From positions 1 to 64,000 of the IMG/VR virus record IMGVR_UViG_3300027797_000020: 64,000 bases of DNA; one strand, given 5' to 3'. A model generated the notes under the pieces. That model was given only the letters and a program-made list of their open reading frames with translations. It had not been told where the DNA came from and searched no databases. Made by a program: the position numbers and the translations under genes. The DNA comes from a virus. Shown here one piece after another: positions 21,553 to 31,813 of the stretch (its first letter is position 1; every line of letters starts with the position of its first letter).

Positions 21553-22257
21553 ATGGTAACAATTAATGATGTTAAAATTGCCGATTTAGGGTTTTTTATT
21601 AACTTAGATAAGAGAACGGACAGGTTAGAAAAAATTAACGAACAGTTTAACGAATTTAACATAAATGGAGTTGAACGTTTTTCTGCGGTCGACACATTAG
21701 ATTCCGGCCCATTAAACTGTAAACAAAGTCATTATCGGTTATATGAAGAATTTTTGAAAACTGATAGTCAAGTTTTATTAGTTCTTGAGGATGATTGTTT
21801 ATTTTTGGACCCGTTAAAAACGGAATATGAAGAGATTATTAATGACATTTATTCCACGGATTGGGATTTATATTGGTTAGGTTGTAGAAATAGACGTTGG
21901 CCGGTTCATTATAAAAATAAGTCGTATAAAGTTAGTTCAGTTGCTCACACACAATCGTATTTAATAAAACGAAATATGTGTGAATATCTCTTAGAGACTT
22001 ATCCGATGGATAGTCATATTACTACCGCAATTGATGAGTTATTGTGTTTATCAATTTACGGTTTTGACGTTACAACAAACCCAAACGCTTTTAATTTTTA
22101 CCAATTAGATAACCCATTAAATGATTTACCAACGATATTCACATCACTGTGTTATGAAAAATCACTTACAAGTCAGTACGCATCATATAGTGATTTGTGG
22201 CATATGGATGTTAATTATACCGATTATATAAAAAGTTCACACCCAAATAATAAATGA
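21553..22257 (+). CDS. Glycosyltransferase family 25-like
   Basis: 'FFINLDKRTDR', 'ERFSAVD', 'C..SH', 'LVLEDD', 'WDLYWLG', 'HTQSYLI', 'AIDE'. Confidence 0.8.
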   Translation: MVTINDVKIADLGFFINLDKRTDRLEKINEQFNEFNINGVERFSAVDTLDSGPLNCKQSHYRLYEEFLKTDSQVLLVLEDDCLFLDPLKTEYEEIINDIYSTDWDLYWLGCRNRRWPVHYKNKSYKVSSVAHTQSYLIKRNMCEYLLETYPMDSHITTAIDELLCLSIYGFDVTTNPNAFNFYQLDNPLNDLPTIFTSLCYEKSLTSQYASYSDLWHMDVNYTDYIKSSHPNNK

Positions 22258-23021
22258 GTAGAATTAAATTAGTTACAGTTACTTGGTCATATGAAGATAC
22301 TTATGAGATTAATGACTCATTTTTAATCAAATCATTTTTAAATCATAACGATGAAAGTGATTTAATCAAAATACATTTCAATCGAAATAACTATAAAGAT
22401 TTAGAGACCGAGTTTAACTCCAAATTTGGGTATCAATATGAATTCCTATTATATAGGATTTATCTTCTAAAAGAAAAATTGTCCGAGATTGAGGATGATT
22501 TATTAATATTCTCAGATACGGGGGATGTTGTTTGTTTAGACAATATCCAAAAGTTAGATTCAATTAATTTTGATAATTTATTATTTTCAAGTGAAAACCA
22601 CAGATACCCAAACGAGGTTAATATAATGAATTGGACCCCAAATTATAGATACCCTCAAGAGAATTATGATATGTTAAATTATTTAAATGCTGGTCTATCG
22701 TTTGGTAAACGTGAGAATTTTATCACTTTTCTAAATGAATGTGTGAGTACTATTTTACCAAATGAATATAAAAATTTTGGTGGTGACCAAGGTGTATTCA
22801 CGTATTATTACATAAATAATAATATTAACACCAACTCAATACGACTTGATAATACGTTTCAAATATTTTTAAGTACATATCTTAAATCTTATCACGACTT
22901 TAAGTTAGAGGACGGTAAGATAGTTAGTTTGGCGTACAACACAACCCCAATGTTTATTCACGATAATGGGTGGAATTATGGTAGTCCAAAATTCATAAAT
23001 CATTTTAATTTACTACAATGA
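22254..23021 (+). CDS. PLOD/LH3-type GT-A glycosyltransferase
   Basis: 'LIFSDTGDVV', 'LLFSSE', 'YLNAGLSFG', 'GDQGVFT', 'LDNTFQIF', 'PMFIHDNG' follow the procollagen glycosyltransferase-domain pattern. Confidence 0.7.
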   Translation: MSRIKLVTVTWSYEDTYEINDSFLIKSFLNHNDESDLIKIHFNRNNYKDLETEFNSKFGYQYEFLLYRIYLLKEKLSEIEDDLLIFSDTGDVVCLDNIQKLDSINFDNLLFSSENHRYPNEVNIMNWTPNYRYPQENYDMLNYLNAGLSFGKRENFITFLNECVSTILPNEYKNFGGDQGVFTYYYINNNINTNSIRLDNTFQIFLSTYLKSYHDFKLEDGKIVSLAYNTTPMFIHDNGWNYGSPKFINHFNLLQ

Positions 23022-23800
23022 TATTTGCAACAACTTGTTTTGGTGAAGATAGACGTGAAGATACGTTACATTTTTTAAATGATATTCGAAATCTTGATTA
23101 TTCAGTATATGTTATAACAAACATTGAGTTACATCTTAACCATTTTCAATTTGACAATGTTATCATCATTAAAGTTGATGAGAATTATTATCAAGATTTT
23201 TTCAGATACAAATTAATGTTGGAGATTTTTGAAACCACTGATGAAGAAATCATTTATTACTTGGATTCTGATAGTCGATTTTTTAATTTTAGACACGAAA
23301 AGTTCGATAAGGAGAATTTTGATAAATTAATTGAATCTAAAGATTTTGACATATTAACCGCTTGGTTAACCGACAGTGTTTCGTTATTTTTCGAAAAACC
23401 TGAAGATAATGAGAATAAGTTTATTCGACAATTTAAGTACGGGTACGAATCGTTACACCAATATATGAGTAATAAATACCCCGACTATATAAATCATTTA
23501 AATCTACACAATTCTTGGGAGGGTCATCTAATTTTACGAAAAAGTGACAACCTCATCGAATTTCTAAAAGAACTAATAATAATTGGTGATATTTTGGTTG
23601 TGGAAGACATTAAAAATGACCGTACACAAATTGCTTGTTGTAGTTCGGCGTTAATTAGTTTGATGTCCAAGTTAATGAATCTAAAGTTAATCCAAGACCC
23701 TATAACTCACCATTTTTTTAAAGCTAACTTCTTAAAAGAAGTTTTCCCATTCAATTTTAAAATTAATAAATATGAAAAAGTATTCCCTGATAACAACTAG
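23018..23800 (+). CDS. Putative GT-A glycosyltransferase
   Basis: DxD motif 'IYYLDSDSRF' after a beta-alpha N-terminus; overlaps both neighbours in the GT cluster. Confidence 0.5.
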   Translation: MIFATTCFGEDRREDTLHFLNDIRNLDYSVYVITNIELHLNHFQFDNVIIIKVDENYYQDFFRYKLMLEIFETTDEEIIYYLDSDSRFFNFRHEKFDKENFDKLIESKDFDILTAWLTDSVSLFFEKPEDNENKFIRQFKYGYESLHQYMSNKYPDYINHLNLHNSWEGHLILRKSDNLIEFLKELIIIGDILVVEDIKNDRTQIACCSSALISLMSKLMNLKLIQDPITHHFFKANFLKEVFPFNFKINKYEKVFPDNN

Positions 23801-24506
23801 TTTTTGTACTAATTGTGCCGAACCAAGTAAAGAATTGTTAAAACATAAATTTAATTATGACGGAGATATTGAGGATATTTTTGTTAATTTCTCAAATTTA
23901 TTCTCACCTTTTGATTTTACAAAAATACCAAATATTGGTATTAGTAAAAGACGTGATTTAGTTTACGGTAAAATTTTTCGTTTAAAATCATTTATTGAGG
24001 ATAACATTTTGGGTAAATATGAATTTCTTTGTCACATAGATTATTCAGATACTAAATTTTGTGGTAGTTTTTTAGAAATGATGGGTAAGTTTGAACAAAC
24101 AAACGAAGACTTAATTATCTCAACAGAAAAAACCGCTTGGCCTTACATTTATGAAATCAATAAATGGTCTAACACAAATTTAGAAGAAAGTGAATTTACT
24201 TTTTTAAATTCAGGTGCGGTTATATCAAAGACTGAAAATTTCTACAATACACTAATTAAATTATCCGACATATGTCTAAACAGTAACATTGATTTTTGGG
24301 ACGACCAAGGTGTTTGGCAATATTATGATTTAAATATTAGTGAACTAAAAAAAGACCACAAATGTGAGTTTTTCTTTTCAACGGCCTTATTAGATAACAC
24401 TTATTATTCTATTGATAATAATAAAATTAAAACTAAATTTAATACCATACCGTATTTAATACACGATAACTCAAGCTTTAGCTTAAATTTAATTAACACA
24501 TTTTAA
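23772..24506 (+). CDS. Second PLOD/LH3-type GT-A glycosyltransferase
   Basis: 'HIDYSDTKF', 'LIISTEK', 'FLNSGAVI', 'DDQGVW', 'PYLIHDN'; paralogous to ORF 22254. Confidence 0.7.
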   Translation: MKKYSLITTSFCTNCAEPSKELLKHKFNYDGDIEDIFVNFSNLFSPFDFTKIPNIGISKRRDLVYGKIFRLKSFIEDNILGKYEFLCHIDYSDTKFCGSFLEMMGKFEQTNEDLIISTEKTAWPYIYEINKWSNTNLEESEFTFLNSGAVISKTENFYNTLIKLSDICLNSNIDFWDDQGVWQYYDLNISELKKDHKCEFFFSTALLDNTYYSIDNNKIKTKFNTIPYLIHDNSSFSLNLINTF

Positions 24507-24509
24507 AAT

Positions 24510-25118
24510 ATGAAAGATGTAACAGGTTGGTTCTCATATGAAGGAATCGCAACACAACAACACGACGATGTTGAACAAGTTTTTGAACAATTATTTACCC
24601 AAACTAAACCTGTCCGTATTTTAGAAATTGGTACTGCGTTTGGTGGTTTAACTTTATTACTACGAAATTTACTTGATAGAATTTCACTTGGTGAAACTGA
24701 TATTAGAACTTATGATGTTGAACCTAAAAATTATTTATCAGAACATATTGAGAATGGGGTTAGGATTGATAGTCGAATAAAAGACATATTTAATCACGCG
24801 TATAGTGATTTAGTAGAAGTCGAGGAAATCACTTCATATATACAATCTGAAGGTGTAACAATTGTGTTATGTGACGGGGGAAGTAAAAAAAATGAGTTTA
24901 GAATATTATCTAAATTATTAAAACCTGGTGATATTATTATGGCTCACGATTACGCACCAAATGAAAGTTACTTTTTAGAACACATTAGAAATAATATATG
25001 GAATTGGTTAGAAATACAAGATTTAGATATCGAACAACCTTGTATTGACAATAACTTACAACCATATATGGATGAAGAATTTAAAAAAGTCGTTTGGGCT
25101 TGTAAAATTAAACAATAA
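24510..25118 (+). CDS. Class I SAM-dependent methyltransferase (probable glycan O-methyltransferase)
   Basis: Motif I 'RILEIGTAFGG', 'VLCDGG', 'LKPGDIIMAHD'. Confidence 0.8.
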   Translation: MKDVTGWFSYEGIATQQHDDVEQVFEQLFTQTKPVRILEIGTAFGGLTLLLRNLLDRISLGETDIRTYDVEPKNYLSEHIENGVRIDSRIKDIFNHAYSDLVEVEEITSYIQSEGVTIVLCDGGSKKNEFRILSKLLKPGDIIMAHDYAPNESYFLEHIRNNIWNWLEIQDLDIEQPCIDNNLQPYMDEEFKKVVWACKIKQ

Positions 25119-25128
25119 AATAGTAGAA

Positions 25129-26844
25129 ATGTCTAACGTAACAATAGTAACAGGTTTATGGGATATTGGCCGAGATAAATTAAACAATGATTGGTCTCGC
25201 GATTTCACCCATTATATTGATAAATTTGATGAGTTATTAAAAATTGATTGTAATTTGATAATTTTTGGTGATGAGAATCTTCAAAAACACGTTATGTCAA
25301 CACGTAACACATCAAACACTCAATTTATATTAAGAAATACTGATTGGTTTAAAGATAATACATATTACGACCAAATCCAAAATATTAAAAACAACCCTGA
25401 ATGGTATAACCAAGTCGGATGGTTAAAAGAATCGACTCAAGCTAAGTTAGAAATGTATAACCCATTAGTTATGAGTAAAGTTTTCTTACTTAATGACGCA
25501 AGAATAATGGATAAATTTAATTCCGATTATTTATTTTGGTTAGATGCGGGAATAACTAACACTGTTCATCCCGGATATTTCACTCACGATAAAGTAATTG
25601 AGAAATTACCAAAATACGCAACAAAATTTAGTTTCTTAGCGTTTCAATATGATGCCGAATCTGAAATACACGGTTTTAACTATTCGGAATTAAATAAATT
25701 TGCAGGACATACCGTTAAATTAGTCGGTAGAGGAGGTTTTTTTGGTGGACCAAAAGAAAGTATCTCAAATGTTAACGGACTTTACTATTCATTATTAAAT
25801 GAGTCTTTAAGTAAAGGGTTGATGGGGACTGAGGAAAGTATATTTTCAATTATGTTATACAAATTCCCCGAAGTTTTTAATTACTTTGAGGTTGAAAATA
25901 ACGGATTAGTTTCCAAATTTTTTGAAGACTTAAAAAATGATTCCGTAATACCTAAAAAAACAATTGAGGTTATTGAATCGTCACCGTCTAACAAACCATT
26001 TAATCAGGTTACATCAGAATTAAAAATAACATCATCAGATAAAGTAGGTTTGTACGTTATTGGATTTAATAGTCCGTCTCAATTAGAGACTTTAGTTACC
26101 TCAATGTTAGAGTATGATAAAAATTTTATTGAAAAACCAAGAAAAATATTGTTGGATAACTCAACTGATTTATCCACAACACCAATATATAGCGAATTAT
26201 GTTCTAAGTATGGGTTTGAACATATTAAAAAAGATAATTTAGGTATTTGTGGTGGTAGACAATGGATTGCGGAACATTTTGACAAATCTGATTTAGAATA
26301 TATGTTCTTTTTCGAGGACGATATGTTTTTCTACCCTAAAAAAGGTGAAGTTTGTCGTAACGGATTTAATCGTATGGTTGATAATCTGTACGATAAGTCA
26401 ATTAACATATCTAAGTCAGAAAAGTTTGATTATTTAAAACTTAATTTTAGTGAATTTTTTGGTGACAACTCTACTCAATGGACTTGGTACAATGTACCCC
26501 AAGTTGTTAGAGAACAATATTGGCCGGATTATTCAAAATTACCGGAACACGGAACTGACCCTAACGCACCCAAAGTTAAATACGAGAATGTAAAAATACA
26601 CGAAGGGATACCATATGTTACAGGTGATGTGTATTATTGTAATTGGCCTCAATTAGTCTCTAAAACAGGTAATAAAAAAATGTTTTTAGAAACAACGTGG
26701 GCACATCCATATGAACAAACGTGGATGAGTCATATGTTTCAAGAATTAAAAAAAGGTAAATTAAATTTCGGTCTTTTATTGTTAACACCAACGGAACATA
26801 ACAGATTTGACCATTATAATAGAGAATTACGAAAAGAAAGTTAA
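25129..26844 (+). CDS. HtrL/YibB (WlaTC)-like glycosyltransferase fused to a GT2-like domain
   Basis: 'VTIVTGLWDIGR', 'YNPLVMSKVFLL', 'FWLDAG', 'GGFFGG', 'GTEESIF', then a second domain with 'GICGGRQ', 'FFFEDD'. Start moved from 25045 to the ATG at 25129 to avoid a long overlap. Confidence 0.75.
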   Translation: MSNVTIVTGLWDIGRDKLNNDWSRDFTHYIDKFDELLKIDCNLIIFGDENLQKHVMSTRNTSNTQFILRNTDWFKDNTYYDQIQNIKNNPEWYNQVGWLKESTQAKLEMYNPLVMSKVFLLNDARIMDKFNSDYLFWLDAGITNTVHPGYFTHDKVIEKLPKYATKFSFLAFQYDAESEIHGFNYSELNKFAGHTVKLVGRGGFFGGPKESISNVNGLYYSLLNESLSKGLMGTEESIFSIMLYKFPEVFNYFEVENNGLVSKFFEDLKNDSVIPKKTIEVIESSPSNKPFNQVTSELKITSSDKVGLYVIGFNSPSQLETLVTSMLEYDKNFIEKPRKILLDNSTDLSTTPIYSELCSKYGFEHIKKDNLGICGGRQWIAEHFDKSDLEYMFFFEDDMFFYPKKGEVCRNGFNRMVDNLYDKSINISKSEKFDYLKLNFSEFFGDNSTQWTWYNVPQVVREQYWPDYSKLPEHGTDPNAPKVKYENVKIHEGIPYVTGDVYYCNWPQLVSKTGNKKMFLETTWAHPYEQTWMSHMFQELKKGKLNFGLLLLTPTEHNRFDHYNRELRKES

Positions 26845-26873
26845 GGGGTGAGAAATTACCCCTTTATTTTTTT
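26843..26873 (+). terminator. Intrinsic terminator after the glycosylation cluster
   Basis: AAGGGGTG-agaaat-TACCCCTT followed by a T-rich tail. Confidence 0.7.
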
Positions 26874-26905
26874 AATATCAAACTATTTATTAATAAAAAC
26901 GATAA

Positions 26906-27592
26906 ATGGATTTTTTTATTAAAAAAAATGCAACACTGCCAGTATTAAAACTACAAGTGGTTAAAGACGGAAGAAGTGATTACGATAATTTTATGAAAAC
27001 CATAGAATTGTCAGCAATCTTTTTTTCAATGGTTGATGTTGATACAGGTATTCCAAAAATTAGTTCAAAACCTGCGGGGTTTGTTGAGAAAACATTTATA
27101 GACCCAAACGCGGAACCTGAATACTACATATATTACCAATTAAGTCCTAATGACACTAACCGTGTTGGGAAGTATGAAGGTCAATTTATGTTAAGAAACG
27201 ACGATGGGGTTTTAATTTTACCAATTCGCGAAAAATTACACATATACGTTCAGGAATCTTTTATTGCCGATGACTTACAATATGAGAGTTGTTATGTTTC
27301 AGAATTTCCTTGTTGTGTTAATGGACCTTATACCACAACAACAACAACCACACCTTGTCCAAGTTGCGGACCTTGTAATACACCAACACCAACACCGACA
27401 GTAACTGAGACCCCAACACAAACTCCAACACAAACAATAACACCAACTATTACATTAACACCAACAACATCAGTTACCCCAACACCAACACCTACACCAA
27501 CCGCAACACCTGTACAAATAATTAACGATGCAATCTTAATTAGTACCGACACTTATATATCTGTTGGCCAAAATCAATATTTATCGTTTTAA
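26906..27592 (+). CDS. BppU-like baseplate/fibre attachment protein with Cys cluster and Pro-Thr tail
   Basis: 'FFIKKNATLPVLKLQV...YYQL...DT..VGKYEGQF' BppU-N-like pattern, then TTTTTT, CPSCGPC and (PT)n. Confidence 0.6.
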   Translation: MDFFIKKNATLPVLKLQVVKDGRSDYDNFMKTIELSAIFFSMVDVDTGIPKISSKPAGFVEKTFIDPNAEPEYYIYYQLSPNDTNRVGKYEGQFMLRNDDGVLILPIREKLHIYVQESFIADDLQYESCYVSEFPCCVNGPYTTTTTTTPCPSCGPCNTPTPTPTVTETPTQTPTQTITPTITLTPTTSVTPTPTPTPTATPVQIINDAILISTDTYISVGQNQYLSF

Positions 27593-27625
27593 AAATTAAA
27601 TTAATATTTATATAAAAAAGAAAAA

Positions 27626-28327
27626 ATGAGTTTAACAGGAGTTACAATATCAGAATTACCGTTATTAACAGGATATAGTGAAAACATTTCAATCCCTGTT
27701 GAAATTTCGGGAACCACATATCATCTTAACCCACCAACATTACAATCAACGTCGGTGTGGAATGCGTTATTAACACAAACAGGCCCTTTAACATTTACAG
27801 GGGGTACTGACGCACCATATGGTGGTTTCATTTTTAATGAAGTGTATACCATAAATGATTATGTATCAGGTGATGACTTTTCAAATGTTGCCGAAATATT
27901 GGCTGGTACTATAAACACTACGGGTTGTGTATTTAGAGCAACAGGTACAACAACAACCGATTATATAATCCCACATACTTGGAGTGGTTCAACATTAACA
28001 TCACAAGGTGATATGATTGTCACTGTTTTAGAGAATACATTAGGATTTGACGTATTAGTTGATTACCCGGCATTTTCAGACCCGCAAAACATAGGTATTG
28101 TAGCATTTTTTCCATTAGTTAATTCGGGAGGATTTTTAACTCAAAGAACTAAAATTTCAGCACAATCAACAATACCATTTGGTTTTACACCGGTTATACC
28201 TGTATTAATGACATCTATTGATGCTGAAATATTGGCAGGTATTATGTTTATTATTGACCCAAGTTTTGGTGGGTTGATTGGTGATTCTTTATATAACACA
28301 CCTGTAGAAATAAAAGTTTTTAAATAA
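27626..28327 (+). CDS. Putative tail-fibre-associated protein
   Basis: N-terminal 'TISELP' motif common in fibre proteins; G/T-rich; TATTTAT at 27605. Confidence 0.45.
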   Translation: MSLTGVTISELPLLTGYSENISIPVEISGTTYHLNPPTLQSTSVWNALLTQTGPLTFTGGTDAPYGGFIFNEVYTINDYVSGDDFSNVAEILAGTINTTGCVFRATGTTTTDYIIPHTWSGSTLTSQGDMIVTVLENTLGFDVLVDYPAFSDPQNIGIVAFFPLVNSGGFLTQRTKISAQSTIPFGFTPVIPVLMTSIDAEILAGIMFIIDPSFGGLIGDSLYNTPVEIKVFK

Positions 28328-28334
28328 TAAATTT

Positions 28335-28529
28335 ATGTATAAAAAAATACAACGTCTATCTGACCTTAAATTTTTATTGTCATTAGAAAATGACATTTGG
28401 GTTGATAATATCAAAGAAAGTACAACATATAGACTATCAGAATTCAATAACGTTAAACAAACATTATTGACATCTTATCAAGAGTCTGAGTTAAAAATTT
28501 ACACAAATTATCAAGGTAGAGGTAATTGA
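28335..28529 (+). CDS. Hypothetical protein
   Basis: 64-aa ORF immediately after ORF 27626. Confidence 0.5.
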   Translation: MYKKIQRLSDLKFLLSLENDIWVDNIKESTTYRLSEFNNVKQTLLTSYQESELKIYTNYQGRGN

Positions 28530-28554
28530 TTTTCCCTTTTGTAATGTATATATT
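28526..28554 (+). promoter_or_regulatory. Sigma70-like promoter TTGATT-N17-TATATT upstream of DNA polymerase
   Basis: -35 at 28526-28531, -10 at 28549-28554. Confidence 0.5.
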
Positions 28555-28616
28555 TTAGAAAGTTAAGGTAAATGTCGTAAGGTACGGCAGCTAATAAACC
28601 AAAAAATAGAATATAT

Positions 28617-31427
28617 ATGATATCAGAAGAAGAAATCAAAACCTTCTTGGAAGGTAATGACCCTGAAGAACATATCGTTGCCATAGAATTTGACTATGCC
28701 GGTGATTGTGTTTACAAAATTAAAGAGATTCCTGGTAAAGGAAAAGAAATCAGAAAAGACACGTTTACCGCTTTTGCGTGGGTTGGTGATTTACGAGGAT
28801 TGAATTTTTACAATTCATCTAAACACGAACAAAAAGCAGGAATGTCCAAACATAATATCATCATTGAACGTTTAAGAACTGAAAATGAAGATGGAACCCC
28901 AAACGATAGATTAGACGACGGATTAAAGTATATGGTAAAATCTTTAAAGGGTTACCGTTCATTAATTCAATTCTTCAAAGAAGGTGGTGTAGAACCTTGG
29001 GGTGAAAAATCCAAAGACAAAATTATGATTCTACCACCGGTAGAACAATACTTAATTTCACGAGAAAAAAGATTATTTAAAGGATTCGACGAATACAATG
29101 ACCTTACGAGGTTTGGATTCGACTTAGAGACGACCGCATTAGAACCTAAAGACGGTCGTATCTTTATGATTGGAATGAAAACCAATAAAGGATTCAAAAA
29201 AGTAATCGAATGTCCTGACGCAGATTCAGAACGTAGAGGTCTTGTGGAATTCTTCAACACTATTGATGAACTAAAACCAAGTATTATTGGTGGGTATAAC
29301 TCAGCAAACTTCGACTGGTTTTGGATATTCGAAAGATGTAAAGCACTTAATATAGACATTAAAAAAATCTGTAAGACTCTGAACCCTAAGAGTCCTATAA
29401 AACAATCGGAAAACCTATTAAAACTAGCAAATGAGGTTGAGAGATACAACCAAGTTGGTATGTGGGGTTATAACGTAATTGATATTATTCACTCAGTTCG
29501 TAGAGCTCAAGCAATTAACTCAGGTATTAAGTCCGCAGGTCTTAAATATATTACCAAATATATTGATGCTGAAGCCAAAGACCGTGTATATATCGACCAC
29601 TTAGATATCGGTCCATATTATGCAAACAAAGAGGAGTTTTGGTTAAACATCGAAAACGGTAATTACAAGAAAGTTGGGTTTAGTGAAAAGATTGATGAGG
29701 TTTGTGAACGTCATCCTGATGTTTACATTAAAACAACAGGGGACGATTTAGTTGAGCGTTATCTTGACGATGACCTTGAGGAAACGTTATTGGTGGATGA
29801 GGAATTCAACCAAGGAACGTTTCTATTAGCGTCCTTAGTACCAACAACTTATGAACGTGTTTCAACAATGGGAACCGCAACATTGTGGAAGATGATTATG
29901 TTAGCGTGGTCATATAAACACAAATTAGCAATCCCCAAGAAACAAGAGAAAAGGGACTTCGTAGGAGGACTTTCTCGTCTCTTAATGGTTGGTTATTCGA
30001 AAGACGTACTAAAACTCGACTACTCGTCTCTATACCCATCAATTCAGTTGGTACACGATGTGTTTCCTGAGTGTGACGTTACAGGTGCGATGAAAGGAAT
30101 GTTAGCGTATTTCCGTAACTCTCGTATTATGTACAAGACTTTGGCGAAAGAATGGGAAAGTAAGGATAAAAAGACATCACTTAAATTTGACCGTAAACAA
30201 TTACCAATTAAAATCTTTATCAACTCATTATTCGGTGCGTTATCCGCACCTCACGTATTTGCTTGGGGAGATATGGATAAAGGTGAGAAGATTACTTGTA
30301 CAGGTAGACAATACCTAAGACAAATGTTGTTGTTCTTTAAAAAACGTGGTTACACTCCACTTGTTTGTGATACCGATGGTATGAACTTCTCATTACCTGA
30401 AGGGGGTGTTGATGATAGAAGATATGTTGGTAAAGGTCTGAATTGGTTAGTTAAAGAGGGTAAAGAATATGAGGGTTATGATGCCGATGTTGCCGAGTTT
30501 AACGATTTGTTTATGAGAGGTGCGATGGGTCTTGATTGTGATGGTACTTGGAAATCTTGTATTAACTTAGCGAGAAAGAACTATGCGACTATGGAACATA
30601 AAGGGAAAGTTAAATTAACGGGTAATACCATTAAATCTAAAAAGTTACCATTGTATATTGAGAAATTCTTAGACAAAGCGGTTAACCATTTATTAGAAGG
30701 TCAAGGTAAAGAATTTGTTGAGTGGTATTATGAATACGTTACCAAAATATTTAACCAAGAAATCCCATTAATGCAAATTGCTCAACGAGCTAAAGTTAAA
30801 TTATCAATCAAAGATTATTTAACAAGAACAACTCAAAAAACCAAATCAGGTGGGTCAATGTCAAGAATGGCACATATGGAGTTGGCGATTAAACATAATA
30901 TGAATACTCAGTTAGGTGATGTTATCTATTATGTTAACAATGGTGTTCGAGCATCTCACGGTGACGTTCAAAAAGTTAACAAACCTAAAAATGGGTGGAA
31001 ACAAGAACAACTTGATTTATTTTACGAGGGGTATGGTAAATATCCTGACGATTCTACAGAATCAACAGTTAAACTTAATTGTTATATTCTGAACACATCT
31101 GATTTAGAGAATAACCCTGATATGTTAGGTGAATATAATGTACCAAGAGCGGTAACTACGTTTAATAAACGTATCCAACCTTTATTGATTGTTTTTAATA
31201 AAGAAGTTAGAGATAACTTATTAGTTACGGACCCCGAACAACGAGGTTTCTTTACAACCGACCAATGTAGGTTAACTAATGGTTTACCATTTAAAGAGGG
31301 TGACCAAGATTCTATTGATGACTTGTTAACAGTTACTGAAAAAGAGGTAGAGTTTTGGAATAACATTAATGTTAGTCCTAATTATATCTATGATTTGGCG
31401 AGTGACGGTTACGAAGTGTATATATAA
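28617..31427 (+). CDS. polB: Family B DNA polymerase with 3'-5' exonuclease
   Basis: ExoI 'FDLET', ExoII 'GYNSANFDW', ExoIII 'YLDDD', region II 'LDYSSLYPS', region III 'KIFINSLFG', region I 'CDTDG'. Confidence 0.95.
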   Translation: MISEEEIKTFLEGNDPEEHIVAIEFDYAGDCVYKIKEIPGKGKEIRKDTFTAFAWVGDLRGLNFYNSSKHEQKAGMSKHNIIIERLRTENEDGTPNDRLDDGLKYMVKSLKGYRSLIQFFKEGGVEPWGEKSKDKIMILPPVEQYLISREKRLFKGFDEYNDLTRFGFDLETTALEPKDGRIFMIGMKTNKGFKKVIECPDADSERRGLVEFFNTIDELKPSIIGGYNSANFDWFWIFERCKALNIDIKKICKTLNPKSPIKQSENLLKLANEVERYNQVGMWGYNVIDIIHSVRRAQAINSGIKSAGLKYITKYIDAEAKDRVYIDHLDIGPYYANKEEFWLNIENGNYKKVGFSEKIDEVCERHPDVYIKTTGDDLVERYLDDDLEETLLVDEEFNQGTFLLASLVPTTYERVSTMGTATLWKMIMLAWSYKHKLAIPKKQEKRDFVGGLSRLLMVGYSKDVLKLDYSSLYPSIQLVHDVFPECDVTGAMKGMLAYFRNSRIMYKTLAKEWESKDKKTSLKFDRKQLPIKIFINSLFGALSAPHVFAWGDMDKGEKITCTGRQYLRQMLLFFKKRGYTPLVCDTDGMNFSLPEGGVDDRRYVGKGLNWLVKEGKEYEGYDADVAEFNDLFMRGAMGLDCDGTWKSCINLARKNYATMEHKGKVKLTGNTIKSKKLPLYIEKFLDKAVNHLLEGQGKEFVEWYYEYVTKIFNQEIPLMQIAQRAKVKLSIKDYLTRTTQKTKSGGSMSRMAHMELAIKHNMNTQLGDVIYYVNNGVRASHGDVQKVNKPKNGWKQEQLDLFYEGYGKYPDDSTESTVKLNCYILNTSDLENNPDMLGEYNVPRAVTTFNKRIQPLLIVFNKEVRDNLLVTDPEQRGFFTTDQCRLTNGLPFKEGDQDSIDDLLTVTEKEVEFWNNINVSPNYIYDLASDGYEVYI

Positions 31428-31430
31428 GAT

Positions 31431-31462
31431 TTCACAGAGGGAAATCGACTTCCCTCTGTGAA
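31431..31462. terminator. 13-bp perfect hairpin between convergent genes
   Basis: TTCACAGAGGGAA-atcgac-TTCCCTCTGTGAA. Confidence 0.75.
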
Positions 31463-31467
31463 CTTAA

Positions 31468-31812
31468 TTAGTTCAATTTCAATCCATCAGATGACACAAT
31501 ATACCAAGAACCTTCTATTTGAAGGAACTCAACACAAGCACCTTTGTCGATGAATATCTCATCATATTCTTCATCAATTTTACCAATTAATGGTGAAATT
31601 AATACTTTAGTTAATGCTTTAATTCTAATGTGATTTGTTGTTGAGGAATCAAGTATCAATCTACAATTCTCAACATCTTTAATTACTAAGAAAAACTCAC
31701 CATCAGTTTTATAAACTGAATCTCGAATAATTCTACTTACGGGGTCATTAAATCCTCGTAAGTATATTTTTTCTCCAACTAATTTTCTTTCTGTGTTTCT
31801 ATGATGGTCCAT
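31468..31812 (-). CDS. Hypothetical beta-rich structural protein
   Basis: 114 aa, directly downstream of the neck gene; ends 'GACVEFLQIEGSWYIVSS'. Confidence 0.55.
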   Translation of the reverse strand: MDHHRNTERKLVGEKIYLRGFNDPVSRIIRDSVYKTDGEFFLVIKDVENCRLILDSSTTNHIRIKALTKVLISPLIGKIDEEYDEIFIDKGACVEFLQIEGSWYIVSSDGLKLN

Positions 31813-31813
31813 A

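Noticed and set aside
28617-31427. Intein or intron in the DNA polymerase
   Set aside because: The polymerase motifs are contiguous at normal spacing; no intein or homing-endonuclease motifs were seen.
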